From Lentisphaeria bacterium (lineage in GTDB: Bacteria; Verrucomicrobiota; Lentisphaeria; Victivallales; UBA1829): a stretch of 64,000 nt of DNA. The translations under genes were made by a program, and so were the position numbers. Numbering within the stretch: the first letter of the stretch is position 1; the number at the start of each line of letters is the position of its first letter. The notes under the pieces are model-generated. The model worked only from the letters and a program-made list of their open reading frames with translations. It was not told the DNA's origin and made no database searches. Of the stretch, positions 37,146 to 45,967 are shown one piece after another. The stretch spans positions 3,298 through 67,297 of the forward strand of contig JAGBXB010000060.1 of assembly GCA_017629515.1 (NCBI GenBank), read 5' to 3'.

Positions 37146-37775
37146 ATGAAAAATATCTCCCGTTACGGCACAGTCCTTATTCTTTCCGGTCCCAGCGGAT
37201 CGGGCAAATCCACCCTTACCGCAAGAGCATTGACGGAATTTCCCTCACTCTCTTTCTCCATCTCCTGCACCACCCGCGCGCCCAGGGGAGCGGAAAAAGA
37301 CGGCGTGGATTATTATTTCCTTACGAAGGAAAAATTTGAGGAACATATTGCCGCAGGGGATTTTCTGGAATATGCCTGCGTTCACGGTAATTTCTACGGC
37401 ACATTGCGGTCGGAAGTGGCGAAAAGAGTGGAAGAAGGCAAAGATGTGCTGCTGGATATTGATGTGCAGGGAGCGCAGAAAATATTGGAAAAAACTCAAA
37501 GCGATCCTTTGCTTGCCAAATGTGTGGAAACTCTTTTCATCGCTCCGCCCTCCTATACGGAACTGGAACGCAGACTCCGGGGCAGGGGGACGGACAGCGA
37601 GGAATCCATTGTAAAAAGACTGGGAAATGCCCGTAAGGAGATGGCATGTTATGACAAATATGGTTTTCTTATCATAAATGACGATGTGGAAGAATCTTAC
37701 GCAAAATTCAAAAGCCTTGTCATCACTTTGCAGAACAGTACAAAACGTTTGAAAGAGGAGCCTTTCCATGAGTAA
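37146..37775 (+). CDS. gmk: Guanylate kinase
   Basis: ILSGPSGSGKST P-loop, SCTTRAPRGAE..GVDYYF and YGT motifs. Confidence 0.9.
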   Translation: MKNISRYGTVLILSGPSGSGKSTLTARALTEFPSLSFSISCTTRAPRGAEKDGVDYYFLTKEKFEEHIAAGDFLEYACVHGNFYGTLRSEVAKRVEEGKDVLLDIDVQGAQKILEKTQSDPLLAKCVETLFIAPPSYTELERRLRGRGTDSEESIVKRLGNARKEMACYDKYGFLIINDDVEESYAKFKSLVITLQNSTKRLKEEPFHE

Positions 37776-38328
37776 GAAAAAAATCATTCTTGGCGTTACA
37801 GGCGGCATTGCGGTTTACAAAGCGGCGGATCTGTGTTCCAAACTTACCGCCAATGGTTTTGATGTATATCCGGTCATGACGGAAAATGCGTTGAAACTTA
37901 TTTCTGCAAAAATTTTTCTTACCTTGTCCCGTAATCCGGTGATGACTTCACTCTGGGAAGAAAAAGAGTGGAAACCGGAACATGTGGCACTTGCAGAGGA
38001 GGCGGATCTTATGGTGGTTGCGCCCTGCACCGCCAATTTTATAGGTAAATTTACTTACGGGATCGCCGATGATGCCCTTTCCACAACAGCCCTCACCTTT
38101 GCCGGAACAGGGAAAAAGATTTTGCTTGCTCCTGCCATGAATAATAATATGTGGGCAAGTCCCGCTGTTATGGAAAATTGCAGAATTTTACGGGAGAGAA
38201 AAGTAGAATTTGTCGGCCCTGCGGAAGGCTCACTTGCCTGCGGAACAAAAGGGGCGGGCAGGATGAGTGAAGTACCTGAAATTCTTGAAAAGATCAAACT
38301 TCTTGCAGAAGATATCTATCCATGCTGA
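37768..38328 (+). CDS. coaC: Phosphopantothenoylcysteine decarboxylase flavoprotein, stand-alone CoaC domain
   Basis: KKIILGVTGGIAVYKA ... VAPCTANFIGK ... APAMNNNMW ... LACG..GAGRM. It ends about 14 aa after GRM, where CoaBC fusions continue into CoaB. Confidence 0.8.
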   Translation: MSKKKIILGVTGGIAVYKAADLCSKLTANGFDVYPVMTENALKLISAKIFLTLSRNPVMTSLWEEKEWKPEHVALAEEADLMVVAPCTANFIGKFTYGIADDALSTTALTFAGTGKKILLAPAMNNNMWASPAVMENCRILRERKVEFVGPAEGSLACGTKGAGRMSEVPEILEKIKLLAEDIYPC

Positions 38329-41135
38329 CAGATGCACAACAGCGGGCAGCCGCTAAAAAATTTGCAGCCGAATGGCACGGCAGAGGATATGAAAAAGGCG
38401 AAACTCACGCTTTTTGGATGGAACTGCTTCACATGGTTTGCGGAGTAGTTAATCCGGCACAGTTTATTACTTTTGAAAGTCAGGTTGTATTGGGGCATAC
38501 CTCTTTTATTGATGCTTACATCCCCGAAACCCGGGTGATGATCGAGCAGAAAAGTAAAGATGTTGACCTCAACAAGCCCGCAAAACAGTCAGATGGATCA
38601 ATGCTTACCCCTTATCAGCAGGCGAAGCGTTACTCTGATGAGCTGGAACTCTCCAAAAAGCCCCGTTATATTGTGGTTTGCAACTTCCAGGAGTTTCACA
38701 TTCACGATATGGAGCATCCCCACGATGAGCCGGAAGTGCTGAAACTACCTGATCTTCCCAAAGAGTATCACCGGCTTGCCTTTCTGACCGATGTCAACAA
38801 GGCGCACCTCAAACGGGAAATGGAACTCTCAATCAAAGCCGGAGAAATCGTTGGCAAAATCTATGATTGTATCCTCAAACATTATCACGATCCCTCTGCC
38901 GAAAGCACGCTGAAAAGTTTGAATATGCTTTGCGTGCGGCTGGTATTTTGCCTTTACGCGGAAGATGCCGGGATTTTTGTCAAAGACCAGTTTCACGATT
39001 ATCTGGCGAGATTTGATGCAAGAGATATTCGCAGAGCGTTGGTGGATTTGTTCAAGGTATTGGATACGCCGGAAGATAAACGCAAAAGTCTGTATCTGGA
39101 CGATGATCTGGCGGCGTTTCCTTATGTCAACGGTGGACTTTTTGCCGAAACGGAAATTGAGATCCCGCAATTTGATGATACGGTAAAAGAACTGCTGCTG
39201 GCAAAAGCAAGCGATGACTTCAATTGGAGTGAAATTTCCCCAACTATTTTTGGAGCGGTCTTTGAAAGCACCCTGAACCCCGAAACCCGCCGTTCCGGAG
39301 GAATGCACTATACCAGTATTGAAAACATCCATAAAGTCATTGACCCCTTGTTTCTGGATGAGTTGAAAGCAGAACTGGAAGAGATTTTGAGTATCAAAGC
39401 GGTCACAAACCGCAACAAAAAACTCTTTGCATTTCAGGATAAACTTGCTTTTTTGACCTTCCTTGATCCGGCTTGCGGTTCGGGCAACTTCCTGACGGAA
39501 ACCTATCTGTCGTTGCGTAAACTGGAAAACAGAGTAATTGAAGTTCTGCATGGTGTGGGACAGCAGTTTTTACTCAATCCGATAAAGGTCAGTATCGGGC
39601 AGTTTTACGGTATTGAAATCAATGACTTTGCGGTAACGGTTGCGAAAACTGCGCTGTGGATCGCCGAAAGTCAGATGATGAAGGCTACGGAGGATATCGT
39701 TCACACCGACTTGGACTTCCTGCCCCTGAAATCTTACGCCAACATCATTGAGGGTAACGCTCTGCGGATAGATTGGAACAGTGTCATTCCCAAAGAAAAA
39801 CTCAACTATATCATGGGCAACCCGCCGTTTGTGGGTTTCACTTTTATGAGTAAGGAACAAAAGGATGAAATGGCATTGTTATTCAAGGACGTTAAGAATC
39901 TTGATTATGTTTGTGCATGGTACAAAAAAGCATCCGATTATATTCAAGGCACAAATATTGAAGTAGCCTATGTCTCTACAAATACAATTACTCAAGGTGA
40001 AACTGTTGCACGCTTTTGGGATTTTATGCAGGATAATTTCATAAATTTTGCGTATCGGACTTTTCAATGGGATAGTGAGGCGAATTTGAAAGCTCATGTT
40101 CATTGCACTATTATTGGTTTTGCAAAAAGTCATCGAAGCAACTGCTACATATATAACGAATCTTCAAAAGATTTAGCATCTAATATCAATCCCTATTTGA
40201 TAAACGGACCTAATATTGTTGTGAAAAGCAGAAACACCCCTATCTGCGATTCTCCCAAAATGATTTATGGAAACAAACCTGCTGATGGTGGACATCTGAT
40301 CATAGAAGAAGAGGACTACAAAGATTTTGTTAAGAAGTGTCCTAAAGCTGTAAAAATGATCAAGCCGCTGATTGGAGCTGCTGAATATATAAAAGGAAAG
40401 AAACGTTGGTGCTTGTGGCTTGTAGGCATCTCTCCCTCTGAACTGAAAGAATGTCCTGAAGTGTTGGAAAGAGTAAAAAAATGTCAACAAGCAAGAGAAA
40501 GCAGTATTGCTGCCGGAATCAGAAAGTTTGCAGCAACACCAACTCTATTTGCTCAACGGACACAACCTACGGATGTAGATTTCATTATCATTCCAAGAGT
40601 ATCATCTGAAAGTCGGTTGTATATTCCAATGGGATTCATAAAATCAGGTTCAATTGTTACAGACCTTGTGCAAATTATACCGAATGCCACGCTTTTCCAC
40701 TTTGGCATATTAACAAGCAGAGTCCATATGGCATGGATGCGGGTTGTTGCCGGACGGTTAAAATCAGATTACCGTTATTCCAAGGATATTGTTTACAACA
40801 ACTTCCCATGGCCTCTGTTGGACGGATCGGACATATCTGACGGATTGGATAAGTCAGATAAGTCAGATAAGCCCAATAAGTTCAATAAATCTGGTCTTTT
40901 TGACAGTATTTCCAAAACAGCACAGGCAATTTTGGATGCCAGAGCGTTGTATCCGGATTGCAGTTTAGCCGACCTTTACGATGAAGCAACGATGCCCCCC
41001 GAACTCCGGAAAGCACATCAAGCCAACGATAAAGCTGTAATGAAAGCCTATGGTTACGCGCCAAATATGACCGAGCCGGAAATCGTCGCCAATCTGATGA
41101 AACGCTATCAGGAATTGACAGCAAAGGAGAAATGA
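38322..41135 (+). CDS. MmeI-family type IIL restriction-modification enzyme (nuclease, N6-adenine methyltransferase and TRD in one polypeptide)
   Basis: Collinear with MmeI as I recall it: D-x10-ExK nuclease (IDAYIPETRVMIEQK), LAAFPYVNGGLF, HYTS, FLDPACGSGNFL (motif I), IMGNPPFVG (motif IV), YVSTNTITQGE, RWCLWL, YRYSKDIVYNNFPWP, LADLYD..TMPPELRKAH. Confidence 0.85.
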   Translation: MLTDAQQRAAAKKFAAEWHGRGYEKGETHAFWMELLHMVCGVVNPAQFITFESQVVLGHTSFIDAYIPETRVMIEQKSKDVDLNKPAKQSDGSMLTPYQQAKRYSDELELSKKPRYIVVCNFQEFHIHDMEHPHDEPEVLKLPDLPKEYHRLAFLTDVNKAHLKREMELSIKAGEIVGKIYDCILKHYHDPSAESTLKSLNMLCVRLVFCLYAEDAGIFVKDQFHDYLARFDARDIRRALVDLFKVLDTPEDKRKSLYLDDDLAAFPYVNGGLFAETEIEIPQFDDTVKELLLAKASDDFNWSEISPTIFGAVFESTLNPETRRSGGMHYTSIENIHKVIDPLFLDELKAELEEILSIKAVTNRNKKLFAFQDKLAFLTFLDPACGSGNFLTETYLSLRKLENRVIEVLHGVGQQFLLNPIKVSIGQFYGIEINDFAVTVAKTALWIAESQMMKATEDIVHTDLDFLPLKSYANIIEGNALRIDWNSVIPKEKLNYIMGNPPFVGFTFMSKEQKDEMALLFKDVKNLDYVCAWYKKASDYIQGTNIEVAYVSTNTITQGETVARFWDFMQDNFINFAYRTFQWDSEANLKAHVHCTIIGFAKSHRSNCYIYNESSKDLASNINPYLINGPNIVVKSRNTPICDSPKMIYGNKPADGGHLIIEEEDYKDFVKKCPKAVKMIKPLIGAAEYIKGKKRWCLWLVGISPSELKECPEVLERVKKCQQARESSIAAGIRKFAATPTLFAQRTQPTDVDFIIIPRVSSESRLYIPMGFIKSGSIVTDLVQIIPNATLFHFGILTSRVHMAWMRVVAGRLKSDYRYSKDIVYNNFPWPLLDGSDISDGLDKSDKSDKPNKFNKSGLFDSISKTAQAILDARALYPDCSLADLYDEATMPPELRKAHQANDKAVMKAYGYAPNMTEPEIVANLMKRYQELTAKEK
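40821..40892 (+). repeat. Degenerate 9-bp tandem array (8 units) inside the MmeI-family gene
   Basis: gacggatcg gacatatct gacggattg gataagtca gataagtca gataagccc aataagttc aataaatct encodes DGS DIS DGL DKS DKS DKP NKF NKS. It lies between the conserved NFPWP and AQAILDAR blocks. Confidence 0.85.
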
Positions 41136-41138
41136 TTT

Positions 41139-41759
41139 ATGGCAAAAGAATCTTCTCTCATTCCTCCCCACGGCGGTTATCAGAAACTCATCACTTATAA
41201 ATTGGGAAATCTTATCTATGATGCCACAACAGCATTCTGCAATCAATACATAGATATTAAAGACAGAACCCATGACCAGATGGTACAGGCTGCCCGTTCC
41301 GGCGTTGCCAATATCATAGAAGGGTCTGTCGCCAGTGCTACAAGCAGAAAAATAGAATTGAAACTTACCGGTAGTGCACGAGCTTCCCAGGAAGAACTTG
41401 TGGCAGATTATCTTGCTTTTCTCCGTCAGCGTTCCCTGCCAATCTGGGATCCGGAATCAGGTGAGGCAAAAACTGTCCGGGCTGCCAAACCGGAAGATTT
41501 ATCTCAACTCCGCCAACTTATGGCTTTTTTAGTGTCCGATAAGTCCGATAAGTCCGATAAGTCCGATAAAAAACTGCTCAAACAGGAAGTTGCCGCCAAT
41601 ACCATGATTTGCCTGATCAGACAGGAAACATTTCTTTTAGACCGTCAGATTTCACGCCTTTGTGCAATTTTTGAAAAAGAGGGCGGCTTTACGGAACGCC
41701 TTTACAGGATCCGTTCTCAAAACAGAACGCAGAAAATGGATAACTCCAAACCGGAATAA
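41139..41759 (+). CDS. Four-helix-bundle protein (23S rRNA intervening-sequence-protein family) with a C-terminal suffix domain
   Basis: YQKLITYKLGNLIYDATTAFCNQY ... QMVQAARSGVANIIEG matches the 4HB family pattern. C-terminal GGFTERLYRIR block. Starts 3 nt after the RM gene stop. Confidence 0.65.
   Translation: MAKESSLIPPHGGYQKLITYKLGNLIYDATTAFCNQYIDIKDRTHDQMVQAARSGVANIIEGSVASATSRKIELKLTGSARASQEELVADYLAFLRQRSLPIWDPESGEAKTVRAAKPEDLSQLRQLMAFLVSDKSDKSDKSDKKLLKQEVAANTMICLIRQETFLLDRQISRLCAIFEKEGGFTERLYRIRSQNRTQKMDNSKPE
41534..41569 (+). repeat. Perfect 9-bp tandem repeat GTCCGATAA x4 inside the four-helix-bundle gene
   Basis: Read directly. In frame, encoding (SDK)4 in the linker between the two domains. 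Confidence 0.95.
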
Positions 41760-41764
41760 AAAAT

Positions 41765-42523
41765 TTATTGTTTCACCATGTCTTTCAGAACAAGGGAAAC
41801 CTCTTTTGCCGTGAGACGTCTTGCCATGCCCACAGGCAGATCTTTCATAAAAAGAGAACCCACAGCAACGCGTTTCAACCGTTTAGTCTCTTTATGGCAA
41901 CTTTCCATCATGCGCCGGATCTCACGGTTTTTCCCCTCCATAAGCACAAGAAGATATTTATTATCGTGAAGATGCTTTACTTCCTTTGCTTTCAATACAT
42001 CCCTCCCGTCCCGGATGCCGGTAAGAATACGGGTCACATCTTTTTCCGAAAGAGGGGAATTCAGGGATACTTCATAGGTTTTACTTATCCCGTAACGGGG
42101 ATGGGTCAATTTTTCTATGAAACTTCCGTCATTGGAAAAAAGGATCATTCCTTCCGAATCTTTATCCAGCCGCCCTGCCGAAACCACTCTGTAATCCCCT
42201 TTCGGGATCAGATCCACCGCTTTCTTTTTAGCATGAGGATCATCCATCGTGCAAACATACCCTCTGGGCTTATGCAACATGAAATAAATATAAGCTGTTA
42301 CAGGCTTGACAACCTTTCCGTCAAATGTGACGGTATCTTTTTCCGTCACTTTACTGGCGGCACGCAAAGCTTTTTCCCCGTTGACAAATATCCGCCCTTC
42401 CCGGATCAATCCTTCCGCCGCCCGTCTGGCACACACTCCGGCAGAGGAAAGAAATTTGGCAAGATTCATCTCCCCGGCAGGATTTTTTTCTTCTGCACCA
42501 ATATCCGTCAGATTTTCCGGCAT
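41765..42523 (-). CDS. rluB: Pseudouridine synthase, RsuA/RluB family (S4 domain + catalytic domain)
   Basis: MNLAKFLSSAGVCARRAAEGLIREGRIFVNG (S4) ... YFMLHKPRGYVCT ... GRLDKDSEGMILFSNDG. Confidence 0.85.
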   Translation of the reverse strand: MPENLTDIGAEEKNPAGEMNLAKFLSSAGVCARRAAEGLIREGRIFVNGEKALRAASKVTEKDTVTFDGKVVKPVTAYIYFMLHKPRGYVCTMDDPHAKKKAVDLIPKGDYRVVSAGRLDKDSEGMILFSNDGSFIEKLTHPRYGISKTYEVSLNSPLSEKDVTRILTGIRDGRDVLKAKEVKHLHDNKYLLVLMEGKNREIRRMMESCHKETKRLKRVAVGSLFMKDLPVGMARRLTAKEVSLVLKDMVKQ

Positions 42524-42561
42524 AATTCCGTCACTTCCATAAATTATTGTTATTCAATGCG

Positions 42562-42894
42562 TCACTCGTTTTCACCGGAGAGGGCACCGGGCAGTTCTTT
42601 ATTGCCGGAACACTCTTCTTTTTCCATAACGGAACTGCCCACAACGGTACTTTCCACATCCACATAATCCCCGTCGGGATCACTTGTTTCCTCCTGCCAT
42701 CTCCCGTTATGGAAAGTATTGCCCACATCTTTCCGGCGGAATGTACCGAAACGGAACACTCTGCCTGACCAGAAAATGGAAAAGATCAGAAGCACCACCA
42801 AAAGGGGGATGATGAAAAAACTGAACAGAAACACTGCCAGAGGCAATGCCACCAATATAAAAAAGAGGAGCTTGAAAAGAGTTGCTTTTTTCAT
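42562..42894 (-). CDS. Small membrane protein, hypothetical
   Basis: 110 aa with two N-terminal hydrophobic helices and an acidic C-terminal tail. No motif recognised. Confidence 0.4.
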   Translation of the reverse strand: MKKATLFKLLFFILVALPLAVFLFSFFIIPLLVVLLIFSIFWSGRVFRFGTFRRKDVGNTFHNGRWQEETSDPDGDYVDVESTVVGSSVMEKEECSGNKELPGALSGENE

Positions 42895-42906
42895 CGTTTA
42901 TTCCCG

Positions 42907-44256
42907 TCATTTTTCTTCCGTCACAGGAATTTGCGATCCGGCATTTTCATTATTCATTGATACGGAATCATTTACATCCTTTACTTTTTCCGTCACTTCC
43001 ATCTTTTTCCCTCTGTTTCTTCTGCCATGGGAGTGATATTTCACCTTTTTCACCCGGGGGACAAAACCTGGATCAGGCAGCAGGGAAGACCATTCCTCCC
43101 CCATTTTCCAGTTGACTTCGTTCTGGATATAAGCAAGTTCCCTGGCGTGGGAATAGGATTTGTTCCGGGGCAGGGCTGCCACATCCTCTTCTTTCATATT
43201 CTGCACCCCTTTGATCCTCTGCTGCATCATCAAAATCTTTACTGCCGCCATGACAGAACGGCGGGTGGGAGTCTGGGGTTTGAGGACTGCATGCAGGAGA
43301 CTGTCAAAATCATCAAAGGAGGGTTTATTTTCCCATAACGAACCGGGGAAAGGCTCTTTCCCCTCATTGGTCATATAGACTCTTTCCGCAAAGGGGAGGG
43401 TGAAAACACTCATCCCCACAGAGATACTGTCCCGGTAAAGTCCCGCCATGACCCGTTTATTGCGTTCTTCCAGCAATTCAAGGAAATAGCGGCACTGCTC
43501 CGTTTCATAATTTTTGTCGATATAAGGCAGGAAATATTTCAGGAACCCGTACTGCCGGAATACTTTAAGGATATTATGGGAATAGGGGTTTTTCAAAATC
43601 TTTTCCAGTTCCAGAGTGAGCCGGGAGGGGGAAACAAGGGTAATAAGATGCAGGGATTTTCCGATGGCTTCCTCTGTTTCCTTTTCAATACTGAAACCGT
43701 ATTGTCCGGCAAGTTTCAATGCCCGCAGGATCCTTACCGGATCTTCCTCAAAGCGGATCATGGGATCTCCGATACATCTTACGATCTTTGCATCCAGATC
43801 CGCTCTGCCCATTTTGGTATGGTCGGCATATTCATTCTCCACCGGATCATACAAAAGGGCGTTGACCGTAAAATCTCTGCGGAAAGCATCCTCTTCAGCA
43901 GTTCCGAACTCATTATCCTGAAAGATCATGTGTTCAGGGGCAGGGCGGTCGCTTTTCCGGAAAGACTGCTGATCGCTTGTAGGACGGCGGCGGAAAGTAC
44001 TGATCTCAATGATCTCGTCCTTATGGAAAAGATGCACAAGCTGGAATCTCCTGCCGATAAGCAGTGTTCTGCGGTCACGGAAGACCTTTCTCACCTCTGT
44101 CGGCGTGGCGGAAGTGGCAATATCATAATCTTTGGGTTTTCTTCCCAGCAGCAGATCCCGGACGGCACCGCCTACGATATAGGCTTCAAATCCGGCAGCC
44201 TGCAAACGGGCGATGATCCCGGTGATATGGGGAGCGATCTCTTTCTGAATGTTCAT
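42907..44256 (-). CDS. pcnB: Poly(A) polymerase I / tRNA-nucleotidyltransferase-family protein
   Basis: YIVGGAVRDLLLGRKPKDYDIATSATP ... IGRRFQLVHL ... RRDFTVNAL. Basic C-terminal tail. Start trimmed to MNIQKEI. PAP versus CCA-adding cannot be settled by eye. Confidence 0.7.
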   Translation of the reverse strand: MNIQKEIAPHITGIIARLQAAGFEAYIVGGAVRDLLLGRKPKDYDIATSATPTEVRKVFRDRRTLLIGRRFQLVHLFHKDEIIEISTFRRRPTSDQQSFRKSDRPAPEHMIFQDNEFGTAEEDAFRRDFTVNALLYDPVENEYADHTKMGRADLDAKIVRCIGDPMIRFEEDPVRILRALKLAGQYGFSIEKETEEAIGKSLHLITLVSPSRLTLELEKILKNPYSHNILKVFRQYGFLKYFLPYIDKNYETEQCRYFLELLEERNKRVMAGLYRDSISVGMSVFTLPFAERVYMTNEGKEPFPGSLWENKPSFDDFDSLLHAVLKPQTPTRRSVMAAVKILMMQQRIKGVQNMKEEDVAALPRNKSYSHARELAYIQNEVNWKMGEEWSSLLPDPGFVPRVKKVKYHSHGRRNRGKKMEVTEKVKDVNDSVSMNNENAGSQIPVTEEK

Positions 44257-44287
44257 AGTAGTCTTTATTTCCAATCTGAAAAGTTCT

Positions 44288-45967
44288 TTATTTCTGGGGG
44301 ACAAGGATCGCGCCGGGCGTATTTTTCTGTATAACAGTATTCACCCGGTCAAGTTCCGGATTGCGTTGCGGGTAATCTGCGTTGAAATGCAGTCCCCGGC
44401 TCTCTTTTCTGCTGGATGCGGAATCAATGATCAACTCCGCTACTGTGGCAATGTTCCGCAGTTCCACAAGGTCGCTTGTGATATGGAAATCCCAGTAATA
44501 TTTTTCGATTTCCGATTGAATATTGCGGATGCGGCGTTTGGCGCGTTCCAGGCGTTTATCTGTACGGACGATACCCACATAATCCCACATGAAACGGCGG
44601 ATCTCATCCCAGTTATGGGCAATGACGATAAGTTCATCGGAATTGGTGGCATTGCCGGTAGTCCATTCGGGAATGGAACTTTTCGGACGCTTTGCTATCA
44701 GTTCCTCCAAACATTTTTCAATGTGTTCCGCTGCAAGTTTGGGCATAACGATCCCTTCCAGCAGACTGTTGCTGGCAAGGCGGTTTGCCCCGTGGAGACC
44801 CGTACAGGCATTCTCCCCTACGGCATAAAAACCTTTGATCTCGGTAGTTCCATCCACCCCGCAAAGGACTCCCCCGCAGGAGAAATGGGCTCCGGGAACG
44901 ACCGGAATGGGCTGTTTTGCCATATTGATCCCCAATTCTTCACACTGTTTGAAAATATGGGGAAAGCGTTTACGCAAAAATTCCTCGCTCTTATGGGTCA
45001 TATCCAGATAGGCACATGCCTGACCGGTGCGTTTGAGTTCCGTATCAATGGCTCTTGCCACCACATCTCTGGGAGCAAGGCTTTTCAGAGGGTGGTAATT
45101 TTCCATAAAGGAGGTGTATTCCCCCTTTTTGTACTGCATTTTCAAAGTACCGCCCTCGCCGCGCAAGGCTTCACTTATAAGAAAATTTTTCACCCGGGGA
45201 TGATAAAGGAGGGTGGGGTGGAACTGGTAAAATTCCATATTGGCGATCTTTGCATTGGCACGGTATGCCATGGCGACACCGCCGCCGCAGGCAATATCGG
45301 CATTACAGGTGCATAAATATACTTTTCCGCATCCGCCGGTGGCTATGGAGGTGGTATAAGCGGAAAAAGTCATTACTTTCCCTGTGGTATTATCAAGGAC
45401 GTACGCCCCCAGGCACATATCCTCTCCATCCCAGCCCAGGCGGGAAGTAGTGATAAGATCCACGGCGATATGATTTTCAAAGATCTGTATTTTCGGGTTT
45501 TTCCGGCAGGCTTCCACAAGGGCGCGCTCGATCTCCGCTCCGGTAATATCTCCGGCATGGATGACCCGGCGTTTCAGGTGGCCGCCCTCTCTGCCCAGAT
45601 CCAGTTCGTCTTTGTGACGGGGCAGTTTATCGCCCAGATCCCCTCTGGTGGTGAATCTTGTACCGATATCCATAAGCCACCTGATCCGTTCGGGACCGGC
45701 TTCCACAATGGCTTTGACTGCCGCAGGATCACAAAGAAAGCCGCCGGCATTGATGGTATCAGTAATATGTTCTTCAAAAGTATCCGCATGATCCATCACA
45801 CAGGCTATACCGCCCTGGGCAAGTTTGGAGTTGCAGTCATCCACTGCCCCTTTGGTGACAACAGCGATCTTTCCGGAAGACTTTTCCGCCAAAGCCAATG
45901 CACTTGACAACCCTGCCAGTCCGCTGCCTATGACCAAATGGTCGAAAAAGTTTTCATTCTTCTGCAT
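44288..45967 (-). CDS. nadB: L-aspartate oxidase
   Basis: DHLVIGSGLAGLSSAL FAD motif, succinate-dehydrogenase/fumarate-reductase flavoprotein pattern (HPT, GLHGANRLASNSL), about 559 aa without an Fe-S partner gene. Confidence 0.8.
   Translation of the reverse strand: MQKNENFFDHLVIGSGLAGLSSALALAEKSSGKIAVVTKGAVDDCNSKLAQGGIACVMDHADTFEEHITDTINAGGFLCDPAAVKAIVEAGPERIRWLMDIGTRFTTRGDLGDKLPRHKDELDLGREGGHLKRRVIHAGDITGAEIERALVEACRKNPKIQIFENHIAVDLITTSRLGWDGEDMCLGAYVLDNTTGKVMTFSAYTTSIATGGCGKVYLCTCNADIACGGGVAMAYRANAKIANMEFYQFHPTLLYHPRVKNFLISEALRGEGGTLKMQYKKGEYTSFMENYHPLKSLAPRDVVARAIDTELKRTGQACAYLDMTHKSEEFLRKRFPHIFKQCEELGINMAKQPIPVVPGAHFSCGGVLCGVDGTTEIKGFYAVGENACTGLHGANRLASNSLLEGIVMPKLAAEHIEKCLEELIAKRPKSSIPEWTTGNATNSDELIVIAHNWDEIRRFMWDYVGIVRTDKRLERAKRRIRNIQSEIEKYYWDFHITSDLVELRNIATVAELIIDSASSRKESRGLHFNADYPQRNPELDRVNTVIQKNTPGAILVPQK

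Noticed and set aside
38322-41135. BREX PglX-type methyltransferase
   Set aside because: The protein has the N-terminal D...ExK nuclease domain and MmeI-like length (937 aa). No other BREX genes (brxA/B/C/L, pglZ) are nearby. A stand-alone type IIL enzyme is the better call.
40821-41569. The 9-bp repeats as a CRISPR array or as an on/off phase-variation tract
   Set aside because: The units are contiguous with no spacers and lie inside ORFs. The unit length is a multiple of three, so slippage changes linker length and not the reading frame.
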